From positions 1 to 64,000 of IMG/VR virus record IMGVR_UViG_3300046804_004123: DNA of 64,000 nt; one strand, given 5' to 3'. The notes beneath the pieces were generated by a model. The model did not search any database. It was given only the letters and a program-made list of their open reading frames with translations, and was not told the origin of the DNA. Numbering within the stretch: the first letter of the stretch is position 1; each line of letters opens with the position of its first letter. Positions 20,425 to 30,771 of this stretch are shown here, one piece after another. Made by a program: the position numbers and the translations under genes. The DNA comes from a virus (Duplodnaviria; Caudoviricetes).

Positions 20425-20497
20425 TGCTGGTTGCGAGGATCGAACTCGCCTGTATCCGATTATGAGTCGGGTGCTTTCACCAGATAGCTAAACCAGC
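20425..20497 (-). tRNA. tRNA with CAT anticodon (elongator Met or Ile2)
   Basis: GCTGGTT/AACCAGC acceptor, CCGA-CTCATAA-TCGG, GTTCGATCC. G1-C72 is paired, so it is not an initiator tRNA. Confidence 0.9.
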
Positions 20498-20531
20498 ATA
20501 AAAACCAAATCTCATGATTTGGTTATTTTTA

Positions 20532-20726
20532 TCATGAACCTTCTTCATGATCAGTATGTATCCTGGTCAAATCATCTTCTTTTGGTTCGTTATAATCATA
20601 AATTTTGTAAGGCATCAATAGAAAATTACTTTTTTCACCCTCTACAAGAAACTGGTGTCCTTGTTCAACTTGAGAAAAAATGTTGTCAAAATCTTTTTGA
20701 AGTTCTTCTACTGTGATAGTTTTCAT
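20532..20726 (-). CDS. Phd/YefM-like antitoxin-fold protein
   Basis: MKTITVEELQKDFDNIFSQVEQGHQFLV...FLLMPY matches the Phd/YefM N-terminal pattern. Confidence 0.6.
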   Translation of the reverse strand: MKTITVEELQKDFDNIFSQVEQGHQFLVEGEKSNFLLMPYKIYDYNEPKEDDLTRIHTDHEEGS

Positions 20727-20729
20727 ATC

Positions 20730-20921
20730 TTAAAATGGGTTAGAATATACAAGAGTGTCTTCGTTTAATTGAGAGCGTACCACATCCAATACATTCATGA
20801 ATTGTTCTACTGTTTCACACTCTACAATTTTTTCACCACCTTCGCTAGAATATAAGTAAAATTTACGAGCAAGAGTATCAACAACACATCGTGTGAGATA
20901 CTCTTCAGTGTCGGAAGGCAT
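20730..20921 (-). CDS. Conserved hypothetical cyanophage protein
   Basis: ORF track; first gene after a consensus promoter. Confidence 0.75.
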   Translation of the reverse strand: MPSDTEEYLTRCVVDTLARKFYLYSSEGGEKIVECETVEQFMNVLDVVRSQLNEDTLVYSNPF

Positions 20922-20948
20922 GTGGGAATTTTATTTGATTACCCCCAT

Positions 20949-21005
20949 ATTATACGCCCTTGATAATCGGATGTCAAGAGGTGTGTACCAGTTCATCAAC
21001 TGGTA
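20949..21005 (-). promoter_or_regulatory. Consensus sigma70 promoter with upstream palindrome
   Basis: TTGACA-N17-TATAAT at 20977-20949; TACCAGTT-N4-AACTGGTA at 20986-21005. Confidence 0.85.
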
Positions 21006-22642
21006 AACAGAGTATATCTAGACTTTGATGCATTGAAATTTTTAGTAATATCAGATTCACTTAATGCTTTAGCGTATAATCTTATTACTGATATTTTTCC
21101 AGGGAAATATTGATTGATGTATGCATTATTGCAAAAACCAACTCTCATAACACTTCCAGTTTTAGGTGTAGTAATGTATAATGATGTTGTTCCGATACCA
21201 ACTGTATTAGTAGAAGATTCAAGAACACCATTTATGTACAACTTAGACCCCTTATTTTGCTCTCTAACTCCAACAACATGATACCAATAATCAACTTGAA
21301 TTTCTGAGGTACTGTCTAAACTTCCTGATCCTCTTGATCCAAAATTAATCACAGCTTTATCTGCTTCTGGTTCATAAACTTGCAGTCCAATTCCTGCAGT
21401 TGATGCTACTCCAACAATACTTGCGCCTCCAGTAATAATATCAGAAGATAGGTAAGAAGTATTAGTTATCTTTATCCATGCTTCCATACTAAATGAAGCA
21501 TCTCCAAACAAATCAGAAGTCCCACATTCATCAATTCCTTCTCCACTATTTAAAACGTAAGATTTGGGTAAATCAAAATATTTTCCAGTAATTCCATATT
21601 GATTAAACCAAATTGAAGGACCATCTAACGAATCATAAGTTGGTCCTTGATCACCAACAGACACTAAAGATCCATCACTACCTAAATTGTCTATTTTTGT
21701 GACTAAAGTTACTCCAGTTTGACTATTAGTTTTTGTTTTAATACTATATCCTCTACCAGCATCAAAATAAACTAACAACTTATCTAATGCAATTTCTTCT
21801 TGTATATTGGTAAGATTACTAATTGTTGTTTTTAATGCATTTGCTGCAAATTCACTGAAAGTAAAGTTAGATAATGACCATAAAGAAAATTCTGCAGAAG
21901 ATTTAGAAGTCTTAATTGTATTAACTGATGCTATATTAGAATCTCTTTCTTTTCTTAAATTGTCTATTTCTGTGGCAATATCAGAAATGGAATTTGCAAT
22001 TGCCACACATGGTGAAGATATATCCGTTATTGATATAAAATGTCCTATTTCCTGTCCTCCATTTTCTTCTCCAGCATTAGAATATGCTACATCTGCAAAT
22101 CCCTTTCCATAAGTATCATAATCTAATTGTTCTTCCGAAAGTTGATAAACATTTTCTTCTTCAAGATACTCCATATTTTTGTATCTTTTAGCAAAAATTG
22201 TATCTGAATAAACTGTAGATCCTATACCACAAGAAACACAATTAATTAATAATGTGTTTGAATTTTCAACAAACGGTTTAAGATCACAGTTTGAAGAAAC
22301 TGCAGTATTAAAAAGTTCTACTATTTGTAATTTTTTAATGTTTATTTGATTATTTAAAAATTCTATTTTTTTATCGTAAGGAACGCAAAGAGTAGCATAG
22401 TTATTAATTTGCTCTGCTTTTTTATTAAAAGCTTGTAATTGTTTTTGTTCTGCGGTTAGTGATGAAACTTCTTCATAAGTACGGATTTTAGACCAAGTTC
22501 CATCGGGGTTTTGGGTTATTGTATCCTCATAGTATGTGCCAATCTTTGCCGATACATCTATCAATTCAGTTGGAGTTAATTCACTCAATTTTTTATTGAG
22601 CTCATCAACAACCATAGTAAGATTAAAATCTGTTTCGGGCAT
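20996..22642 (-). CDS. Virion protein with coiled-coil N-terminus and C-terminal LamG/concanavalin-A domain
   Basis: FSMEAWIK...WYHVVGV...LYINGVL...FPGKISVIRLYAKALS. Confidence 0.8.
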   Translation of the reverse strand: MPETDFNLTMVVDELNKKLSELTPTELIDVSAKIGTYYEDTITQNPDGTWSKIRTYEEVSSLTAEQKQLQAFNKKAEQINNYATLCVPYDKKIEFLNNQINIKKLQIVELFNTAVSSNCDLKPFVENSNTLLINCVSCGIGSTVYSDTIFAKRYKNMEYLEEENVYQLSEEQLDYDTYGKGFADVAYSNAGEENGGQEIGHFISITDISSPCVAIANSISDIATEIDNLRKERDSNIASVNTIKTSKSSAEFSLWSLSNFTFSEFAANALKTTISNLTNIQEEIALDKLLVYFDAGRGYSIKTKTNSQTGVTLVTKIDNLGSDGSLVSVGDQGPTYDSLDGPSIWFNQYGITGKYFDLPKSYVLNSGEGIDECGTSDLFGDASFSMEAWIKITNTSYLSSDIITGGASIVGVASTAGIGLQVYEPEADKAVINFGSRGSGSLDSTSEIQVDYWYHVVGVREQNKGSKLYINGVLESSTNTVGIGTTSLYITTPKTGSVMRVGFCNNAYINQYFPGKISVIRLYAKALSESDITKNFNASKSRYTLFTS

Positions 22643-22679
22643 CTTATAATAAGTCTAATCTATATTATATGTATTTAAT

Positions 22680-23849
22680 TTAAATATAAACATCTTGATA
22701 TCTTATTGCATAAAAATTAGAATTTCCTGCAGAAACTTGCTTGGCATTAGTAATTGAAGTTATTTGTGTTGGTAAATAAATTTTTTGATTAGCACTATTA
22801 CCAAGACCTAATATATTATCATTATTATTACCCCAAACCCATACGGTTCCATCAGTTTTTATTGCTATTGTATTGTATAATCCACAATGAACTTGCCTCC
22901 AATTTATATCAGTTTCAATTTGAACTAATGTTGAAGAATCACTTATTTCGCTACCAACACCTAATTGACCATAAAAATTTGAACCACATGCCCACATAGT
23001 TCCATCTGTTTTGATTGCTACAGTATGCTCTGCTCCACAAGAAACTTGTCTCCAAATATCAGATCCAACTTGAGAAAAATTAGTGTTTGCTGAATTTGTT
23101 GTTGTACCATTTCCCAATTGACCGTTATTATTTTTTCCACAAGTGTATAAATTTCCACTTGTGGAAATAGCAGCAACATGAGATTCTCCCGCAGAAACTT
23201 GTTTCCACGTTCCTGAAATTGCTGTGGGAGTTGATTTTGAATCCGTATTTCCAATTCCAAGTTGCCCTTTATCATTTATTCCCCAAGAAAGTAATATATT
23301 ATTAAATGTTAATCCAAATGTAAATGATTTTCCGCAAGAAATATATATCCAATTTTTAGATTGTGTAACTTCTCTCATTGGCGTAAGATAAGAATCTCCT
23401 GCTCCATCTCCAAGTTCTCCATTATTTCCAGTTCCCCATAAGTACATATGTCCTTCAGTGGTAATTGCTCCCATATGAGTATGACCACAACTAATATCTT
23501 TCCAAGTATATTGTGAAAATATTTGTATCGGATTGCTTTGATAAGATCCTGTAGATCCATTTCCTAATTTTCCATTTTGTTCATTTCCACAAGTCCATAA
23601 TGAACCATTAGATAAAAGAATAGACATAAAATCAAATCCAGCAGATACTTTTTTTACGTCAAAATTATTTTTATATAATTTTGTAGGGGAAGATCTATTA
23701 TTAGTATCATCAAGTGCTAATTGACCATAAGTGTTATATCCCCAAGAAAACATATCTCCTAGACTAAAAAAATCAATTGGAACAAAAACTTCGTCAAAAA
23801 AATAATAAAGAGTAGAATTAGGTAATTTAAATCTATAATTTACTGGCAT
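22680..23849 (-). CDS. RCC1/BLIP-II repeat beta-propeller protein
   Basis: Repeated WGxNxxGQLG...W..VSCG..HT.AIK.DGT.W. Confidence 0.9.
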   Translation of the reverse strand: MPVNYRFKLPNSTLYYFFDEVFVPIDFFSLGDMFSWGYNTYGQLALDDTNNRSSPTKLYKNNFDVKKVSAGFDFMSILLSNGSLWTCGNEQNGKLGNGSTGSYQSNPIQIFSQYTWKDISCGHTHMGAITTEGHMYLWGTGNNGELGDGAGDSYLTPMREVTQSKNWIYISCGKSFTFGLTFNNILLSWGINDKGQLGIGNTDSKSTPTAISGTWKQVSAGESHVAAISTSGNLYTCGKNNNGQLGNGTTTNSANTNFSQVGSDIWRQVSCGAEHTVAIKTDGTMWACGSNFYGQLGVGSEISDSSTLVQIETDINWRQVHCGLYNTIAIKTDGTVWVWGNNNDNILGLGNSANQKIYLPTQITSITNAKQVSAGNSNFYAIRYQDVYI

Positions 23850-23851
23850 TT

Positions 23852-25099
23852 TTAAATATAGTTATATGTTCTAATTGCACCATATGCAAAAGGATGTGCT
23901 GAAATTTGTTTCCAATTATATGAACTAGATTGTATAACTGGTGCTGAAATACCATTCAATGATGACGTACTAACTTGTTTATCGTTATTATTACCCCAAG
24001 CCCAAAGAGATCCATCAACCATTATTCCAACTGTAAAATCGTAACCACAAGAAATATATTTCCAATATCCTCCATTATTTACCAATGTAAAACTAGACTG
24101 ACTGTCATAATTATTTGTACCTAAAGCACCGTATCCATTATAACCTCTAGAATATAATTTTCCGTCTTGTGATATTGCTGCAACATGTCTAACTCCAACA
24201 GAAACAAACTTCCATTTAATGCTGGATACAAATTTTGTTGGTTCATAATAGCTAGAAGTAGAAGATCCCATTACGTATCCATCATTATCTCCCCAAAACC
24301 ATAAACTTCCATCTGTTTTCAAACCATAAGCAGAAATACTATTAATATCTATCATTTTCCAATCAGTATCAGTTCCTACTTGAGTTGGAATTTTTCTTTG
24401 TGCTGATGTAGAATTTGAATTCATACCTAAAAGATAATTATAATTTGTTCCCCAAGACCATAATGTCCCATCATTTTTGATTGCAAGACTAACTAGATTA
24501 CTAGCAGAAACAGATTTCCAATCATATGAAGAAGTTATTTGAATTGGCGCATTTTTATTAGTTGTATTATTTTGCCCCAATTGATATTCAGAATTTCTTC
24601 CCCAACCCCATAAAGATCCATCATTTTTTATTGCTAGAGTATGCTCCGAACCACATGATACACATTTCCAATTACTAAAAGTTCCATTAGTATTCCCAAC
24701 TATAGATGCTATATTATCATTTGTTAAACCATAAATTGAAGTATTGTTTCCTACGCCTAATTGACCACGATTATTATCTCCCCATGCCCATAAAGTTCCA
24801 TCTGATTTTAATGCCATAGAATGAAATACCGAAGAACTACCACCAGGTCCTCCAATAAGTTTTGAATTAGAAATTTGTTTCCATTCTATTGATGGCAATT
24901 CTATCTGAGTTAAAGAAGGTCTAACATAACTACTACTCGCATATTTTCTAGCTCCTTGCCAAAATAAACCAGATTCTACTAAATATGGTGATAAATGAGG
25001 ATAAACCGATAGAATATAATCTTTTGTAATAAATTTGTCGCCAAGGTCTATACCATCACTAGATTTAAAATTAGTAATAAATCTAATTGGCGTTTCCAT
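23852..25099 (-). CDS. RCC1/BLIP-II repeat beta-propeller protein
   Basis: Same RCC1 repeat signature. Confidence 0.9.
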   Translation of the reverse strand: METPIRFITNFKSSDGIDLGDKFITKDYILSVYPHLSPYLVESGLFWQGARKYASSSYVRPSLTQIELPSIEWKQISNSKLIGGPGGSSSVFHSMALKSDGTLWAWGDNNRGQLGVGNNTSIYGLTNDNIASIVGNTNGTFSNWKCVSCGSEHTLAIKNDGSLWGWGRNSEYQLGQNNTTNKNAPIQITSSYDWKSVSASNLVSLAIKNDGTLWSWGTNYNYLLGMNSNSTSAQRKIPTQVGTDTDWKMIDINSISAYGLKTDGSLWFWGDNDGYVMGSSTSSYYEPTKFVSSIKWKFVSVGVRHVAAISQDGKLYSRGYNGYGALGTNNYDSQSSFTLVNNGGYWKYISCGYDFTVGIMVDGSLWAWGNNNDKQVSTSSLNGISAPVIQSSSYNWKQISAHPFAYGAIRTYNYI

Positions 25100-25108
25100 T
25101 TCTTAAAT

Positions 25109-25768
25109 TTAAACAGATACTTTTGCCGTATTAATAATATTTTTAGGATCAAAAAAATCAATTGATTCAATATCAAATATAGAAGAGCAAGAATCAATTT
25201 GTTTTATTATAGAGTGTTCCCAATCAAAATCAATTTGAACTTTTTCATCTATTTTTGAAATAATATTTTTAATATCTTGTGATGTTATTTCTACCCAATT
25301 AGATCCAAATTTAAAATTATATGGTCCTTCACCAGATGTTAACTTTGTTACTAAAGAAATTCTAGTTTCCCTATCTGTTGATACATTTAAATTAATTTCA
25401 TTTATTGTTATTTCTATTTTACCAAGATTTTCTCTTTTCCATCTCTCAGAAGATATTATATTCTTATAATAATTTTTAACTACTTCAAAATCTTTATTTC
25501 TTTTTTCATATTCAAATATAACTTTATCATCTACTATTATATAATTTGATAAAAATATTTCTTCGGCATTATTATTAAAAGAAGGAATTTGTTTTTCTGC
25601 TTTCAATAACTTAATATCTTGTGTAATTAATATTGGGACATTTAAATAATCTGATGGTGCAATTCTATAATCTAATTCTAAATCTTCTTCTAATGCAGAA
25701 TTAATTAATCTATAATTAAATTCTATTGGTCCTAAAATTAATTGATTTCCGTTTACAAGAGCGAACAT
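25109..25768 (-). CDS. DUF4376-like tail-associated protein
   Basis: C-terminal ISSERWKREN...VSTDRETR...YNFK...WVEIT...F..E pattern. Confidence 0.55.
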   Translation of the reverse strand: MFALVNGNQLILGPIEFNYRLINSALEEDLELDYRIAPSDYLNVPILITQDIKLLKAEKQIPSFNNNAEEIFLSNYIIVDDKVIFEYEKRNKDFEVVKNYYKNIISSERWKRENLGKIEITINEINLNVSTDRETRISLVTKLTSGEGPYNFKFGSNWVEITSQDIKNIISKIDEKVQIDFDWEHSIIKQIDSCSSIFDIESIDFFDPKNIINTAKVSV

Positions 25769-25787
25769 ATCTACAAAAACAAAGATT

Positions 25788-27005
25788 TTAAGAAATATAC
25801 AGTAATGGATTAGATCCAGAAGTAACTGCTGAAGAATGATAAAATCCAGAAGAAACTTGTTTCCAGTTATTTTTAAAATTATTTATGCTTGATGGTAAAA
25901 TGATTGGTTGTGTGCCATCATGAGGAGTTATTGCCGATTGATAATATTCTCTATCTCCCCAAAACCACAGTGTTCCATCTAATTTTAATCCCATCGTGTG
26001 TAATCCACCACAACCAATTTGTTTCCATTCATACAGATTAGAACCGTATACTTCTGTAGGAGAATTTCTATAAATTGGAGTCGTTTCATTTGTTCCTAAT
26101 TGCCCTTTATCATTTCTGCCCCACATCCATAACGATCCATTATTTTTTATTGCTCCACTATGATATGCACCACAATCTACATATTTCCAATTATACTCTA
26201 ATCCAATTCTAGATGGGGTTGAAATAATATCACTAACATCTGAACCAAGACCTAATAATCCATTATTAGGAAAAACGTCTGGATCATTATTTAATCCCCA
26301 AGACCACAAGGATCCATCATTTTTTATTGCTACTGTATGGTATGATCCACAACTTACTTTTTTCCAATCTGTATCAGATCCTATTTGAGTGGGAGATAAT
26401 CTATTATTTGTATCCCCAAGTCCCAATTGTCCTTTATTATTTTTTCCCCAAGACCACAAAGTACCATCATCTTTAATTGCAACTGTATGAAATCCTCCAC
26501 AATAAACAAATCTCCAATTTTTATTACTTCCAACTAATTGAGGTTCTGTTCTATAATTAGTATCATTTAATGCTAATTGACCATCATCATTTAATCCCCA
26601 AGTATATAATTCACCTAAAGAATTTATGGATGCGCTGTGTAAAATACCACAAGAAATAATTTTCCAATTTTTTTGATTACCAATTTGAATTGGATATCCT
26701 CTTGAGTCAGTATCATTTAATCCTAATTGTCCGTTTGAATTATATCCCCAAGACCATAATGTAGAATCAGATTTTAGTGCTATACTGTGAAATCCTCCAC
26801 AACTAACTTGCTTCCAATTATTTCCACCATATAAAGTTTCTATGGGAGTTAATCTACCTAAAGTAGTATCATTAACACCTAATTGGTAATATTGATTATC
26901 TCCCCAGGAAAATAATTTATCTCCCACATATTGATCAATTAACCAATATTCACTAATAAAATATTTTTCTAAATCACCCTCTCTAGACAAAAATTCATTT
27001 GGCAT
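25788..27005 (-). CDS. RCC1/BLIP-II repeat beta-propeller protein
   Basis: About 7 well-formed RCC1 repeats. Confidence 0.92.
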   Translation of the reverse strand: MPNEFLSREGDLEKYFISEYWLIDQYVGDKLFSWGDNQYYQLGVNDTTLGRLTPIETLYGGNNWKQVSCGGFHSIALKSDSTLWSWGYNSNGQLGLNDTDSRGYPIQIGNQKNWKIISCGILHSASINSLGELYTWGLNDDGQLALNDTNYRTEPQLVGSNKNWRFVYCGGFHTVAIKDDGTLWSWGKNNKGQLGLGDTNNRLSPTQIGSDTDWKKVSCGSYHTVAIKNDGSLWSWGLNNDPDVFPNNGLLGLGSDVSDIISTPSRIGLEYNWKYVDCGAYHSGAIKNNGSLWMWGRNDKGQLGTNETTPIYRNSPTEVYGSNLYEWKQIGCGGLHTMGLKLDGTLWFWGDREYYQSAITPHDGTQPIILPSSINNFKNNWKQVSSGFYHSSAVTSGSNPLLYIS

Positions 27006-27006
27006 A

Positions 27007-30000
27007 TTATAAGGACTCTAAATTTACAATTCTTTTCTCATGATCTTTTATTGATTCAATTAAAATAGGAATTAAAGCATCATAATTTACAGTTTTAAAT
27101 CCATTTATATCTGTTTCAATTACTTCAGGTATGACTTTTTCTACTTCTTGAGCAATCAATCCAATTGACGGTTTATTTGTATCTTTCCAATCAAATCTTA
27201 CACCGATTAGTTGTTGTGTTATTCCTATTGGATCTTTTATTTCTTGTATGTTTATTTTCTTTGTTATATCGGATAAAGAAGCAAATGCTGTTGAAGATAA
27301 TGTTCCTGTGCTTTGATTAAATGTTAGTTTGGATGATGATACATAAGTTTCAGTAGTAAATCCTGTTGTTACTGTAACTAAACCAACATATCTTGTTACA
27401 GAAGAACTGGAATTATCATTTACAACTATTGTTCCAGGGTTAGATATTAGTTCACCAATTACCGTAGATATTGCCCAAGTATCATCATTATCAACATCAA
27501 GTTGCAAAAATCTTAAATAAACTCCAGAAAAATTCTTTATTTCGTTTGGAACACCAACAGACACTTTAGTCCAAACATTAGAACTAGAAATATAAGTAGT
27601 ATTTGTAGTATTAGTTCCCGATGACCTATCTATAGTATGAAAAGTTGTCCATGTAGTTTTGTCAAAAGAATATTGTAATACTAAATTTTCTCCACCATCT
27701 GGTGATTCTCCCCATCCATTACCACCTTTATTTACATTAAAAATTAATTTGTTTATATTTGAAAAATATATTTTAGAATTTATTTCACATGTTCTCCTAT
27801 CATCAATATCTAAATCATAGTTATCAAATACGCATATTGAAGAAGATACTGGCACATCACTAGATGATGCCATAGATTTATTAAATAAATCATTATAAGA
27901 ACTTATAGTGTATACTCTCGTTCCTTTGTGTGAAGTAGATGCTTGATTAGAAGAAAAGTCAAAAATTGCATATGATGTGTTATTATTTGAATTAAATGAT
28001 TTAACAATTATGGAAGTGGTTGCCCAATTATCTCCTACTGTTGTATTACCTTGATATAATCTTAAATAAACTCCATCATATGTTTTTGCTTCTTCTGGAA
28101 GTTTAACAACATTTTGAATCCATGTAGAATAATCATTTGCTCCAGGATCCATGGTATGAATACCAACCCAAGATGTTCCATCTTTAGAATATTGTAAAGA
28201 TAATGCTTCAACAAGAAGATCTGGTTCCTCTCCCCAATTACCACCTTCCGAAGTATAAAATTCTATAGTATCAACAGTAGCAAGATAAACTTTTTTAATA
28301 GTTGCAATAGATCTATCCCCACCACCAGAATTTGCATCTGGACCAAAAATAGCTATTGGAGTTTTTCCAGTTACGATTGGTTCTCTAACGGGAATATTAG
28401 GATTAAAATCATCTCTTTTGGTTAAAAGTACTTTATCTAAAACAACCGAAAATTCATTAGATGTATCTAATAAAACTACACTTGAACCAGAAGATCCCCC
28501 ACCACCTCCAGATGAACCACCAGTTGCGATTAAAAGTGGTGAAATTGCCCATCCATCACTATCTCCCCCACTATTTGTAGATTGTATAAATCTTATAAAA
28601 ACTCCTCCATAAGATTTAGCATCTTCTGGAACAGTTACAGTTCTTAAAATCCAATTATTAGAACCAGCTATATCATCTGGATCAATATTTTGTCCAGTAA
28701 ATGTAGTCCAAGAAGTTCCATTTTTAGAATATTGTAATTCTAATGCTTCTCCAACTTCTGGTGCGTCTCCCCATCCAGGGTCATTTGGATCTGGAGGATC
28801 TCCTGCTTTGTTTAAATAAAAATATAGAGTTGATACTGTAGTTAACCAAATTCTTCTGGATGTTTGAATGTATCTAGTTCCATTACCACCACCACTAAAA
28901 ACACATATAGGAGATCCGGCAGGTAAATTATCTGTTGTTGCCATTTTGGAAAGATTGATAGTACCCGCATAACCTCCAATTGTAGTTAAAATTGTATTAA
29001 CAGCATTTAAATCACCACCACTTTCAAAACTCATTACGGTGTACGGTGTAGTAGAAGTTCTTCCCGAAACTCCTTGAGATCCTTGAGATCCTTGTACTGA
29101 ATTTCCAGAGGCTCCAGTGTTTCCTTGAAGACCTTGTAATCCTTGAACTCCTTGCATTCCTTGATTGCCCTGAGTTCCTTGAAGACCTTGAAAACCACTA
29201 CCTTGTACTCCTTGTCTTCCTTGAGTACCTTGTGCTCCTTGTGTTCCTTGAGATCCTTGAATTGATGCACCAGTAAATCCAGTGGCACCTTGATTGCCTT
29301 GCAATCCTTGAAATCCAGCTCCTTGCAATCCCTGCAAACCCTGAACGCCTTGCCTACCTTGAGTGCCTTGCACTCCCTGCGTTCCTTGCCATCCATTTCC
29401 TTGAACACCTTGAAGTCCTTGCCCACCACCACCTTGAACTCCTTGCAATCCTTGAACTCCTTGAGTTCCTTGCAATCCTTGAACTCCTTGAGTTCCTTGA
29501 GTTCCTTGAAAATTTCCTGGAGGTCCTTGAAGACCTTGAAGACCTTGGAGACCTTGAGTTCCTTGAGTTCCTTGGAAATTACTTAAAGAACTTTGAACTC
29601 CCTGAAGTCCTTGTGTTCCTTGAATACCTTGATCACCTTGAAGTCCTTGAACCCCTTGAACTCCTTGATCACCTTGTAAACCTTGAATACCTTGATCACC
29701 CTGAAGTCCTTGAACCCCTTGAACTCCTTGATCACCTTGTAAACCTTGAATACCTTGGTCACCTTGAAGTCCTTGAACTCCTTGCATTCCTTGAACGCCT
29801 TGCCTACCTTGAGTACCTTGCACTCCTTGTCTTCCTTGAGTGCCTTGTGCCCCCTGCGCTCCTTGAGTTCCTTGGAAATTGCTTAAAGAACTTTGAATTC
29901 CCTGCAAACCTTGAGTTCCTTGAACTCCTTGGGATCCTTGGGATCCTTGTCTTCCTTGAAGACCTTGAGTTCCTTGCCTACCTTGAGTACCTTGAGACCC

Positions 30001-30399
30001 TTGATTTCCTTGAGTTCCTTGAGTTCCTTGAAAATTTCCTGGAGGTCCTTGAAGACCTTGAAGACCTTGAGTTCCTTGAACTCCTTGGGATCCTTGTCTT
30101 CCTTGAAGACCTTGAGTACCTTGAAAATTACTTAATGATCCTTGTAATCCTTGAGTTCCTTGTATTCCTGCACCAGCTTGATCTGTTGATTTAACCCAAT
30201 ATCTTTTTCCCTCATGCCCTTCAACAGAAATCAAAACATATTGATCTCCAGAAGGAACAGGATTAACTCCTATGGAAGAAACGCCAACTTTAGGATCTCC
30301 TAAATCTGGTTCTGCTTGCTCTAAACCTAAAAATTCATACCTATCAGAGGTAATGCCTAATCTTCCAAATTTTCTAACTCTATTTGAATTATATTTCAT
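27007..30399 (-). CDS. Tail fibre: Gly-X-Gln collagen-like shaft, three reelin-like domains, S74 chaperone
   Basis: QGTQGLQG repeats; three LQYSxxxxxW...GVxxRxxQ...WA units; C-terminal SLSD...[15 protein letters not shown]. Confidence 0.85.
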   Translation of the reverse strand: MKYNSNRVRKFGRLGITSDRYEFLGLEQAEPDLGDPKVGVSSIGVNPVPSGDQYVLISVEGHEGKRYWVKSTDQAGAGIQGTQGLQGSLSNFQGTQGLQGRQGSQGVQGTQGLQGLQGPPGNFQGTQGTQGNQGSQGTQGRQGTQGLQGRQGSQGSQGVQGTQGLQGIQSSLSNFQGTQGAQGAQGTQGRQGVQGTQGRQGVQGMQGVQGLQGDQGIQGLQGDQGVQGVQGLQGDQGIQGLQGDQGVQGVQGLQGDQGIQGTQGLQGVQSSLSNFQGTQGTQGLQGLQGLQGPPGNFQGTQGTQGVQGLQGTQGVQGLQGVQGGGGQGLQGVQGNGWQGTQGVQGTQGRQGVQGLQGLQGAGFQGLQGNQGATGFTGASIQGSQGTQGAQGTQGRQGVQGSGFQGLQGTQGNQGMQGVQGLQGLQGNTGASGNSVQGSQGSQGVSGRTSTTPYTVMSFESGGDLNAVNTILTTIGGYAGTINLSKMATTDNLPAGSPICVFSGGGNGTRYIQTSRRIWLTTVSTLYFYLNKAGDPPDPNDPGWGDAPEVGEALELQYSKNGTSWTTFTGQNIDPDDIAGSNNWILRTVTVPEDAKSYGGVFIRFIQSTNSGGDSDGWAISPLLIATGGSSGGGGGSSGSSVVLLDTSNEFSVVLDKVLLTKRDDFNPNIPVREPIVTGKTPIAIFGPDANSGGGDRSIATIKKVYLATVDTIEFYTSEGGNWGEEPDLLVEALSLQYSKDGTSWVGIHTMDPGANDYSTWIQNVVKLPEEAKTYDGVYLRLYQGNTTVGDNWATTSIIVKSFNSNNNTSYAIFDFSSNQASTSHKGTRVYTISSYNDLFNKSMASSSDVPVSSSICVFDNYDLDIDDRRTCEINSKIYFSNINKLIFNVNKGGNGWGESPDGGENLVLQYSFDKTTWTTFHTIDRSSGTNTTNTTYISSSNVWTKVSVGVPNEIKNFSGVYLRFLQLDVDNDDTWAISTVIGELISNPGTIVVNDNSSSSVTRYVGLVTVTTGFTTETYVSSSKLTFNQSTGTLSSTAFASLSDITKKINIQEIKDPIGITQQLIGVRFDWKDTNKPSIGLIAQEVEKVIPEVIETDINGFKTVNYDALIPILIESIKDHEKRIVNLESL
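29060..30170 (-). repeat. 9-bp-period Gly-X-Gln coding repeat
   Basis: ccttg recurs every 9 nt. Confidence 0.95.
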
Positions 30400-30407
30400 G
30401 ATTTATA

Positions 30408-30767
30408 TTATTGCTTTGCCGTTTCTAAAACACTGAGAATAAGATTTAATACTCCGTTTTCATTTGCTTTTATTTTAATAACATCATTCGTTTCAAGTGC
30501 CATTCTCCCATCAGAAACTAAATTAACTCCATCATTTGGTGGTACATAAACAGCATTTGCAAAAACATAGTCTGTTTGAACTTCACTAATTCTGGAATGA
30601 GTTGCCGTAACTGTATATGTGCTTTTTGCGGCACCTTCAGATACATTTGCTACTTGTGATAAAATTACAATAGATGATACTCCAATTGGGCAAGTATATA
30701 TCCCAACATTATTAGTTGTAATACCAACTCTAATTGTTCGGAATTTATTAAGTGCAATTGCTGCCAT
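30408..30767 (-). CDS. Small virion structural protein
   Basis: IYTCPIG..SIVILSQVAN...LETND.IKI...LILSVLET; lies between two fibre genes. Confidence 0.7.
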   Translation of the reverse strand: MAAIALNKFRTIRVGITTNNVGIYTCPIGVSSIVILSQVANVSEGAAKSTYTVTATHSRISEVQTDYVFANAVYVPPNDGVNLVSDGRMALETNDVIKIKANENGVLNLILSVLETAKQ

Positions 30768-30771
30768 ATTT

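Noticed and set aside
20339-20497. tRNAs as a prophage attachment site
   Set aside because: No integrase, no duplicated tRNA end and no host genes; the whole window looks like lytic T4-like phage sequence.
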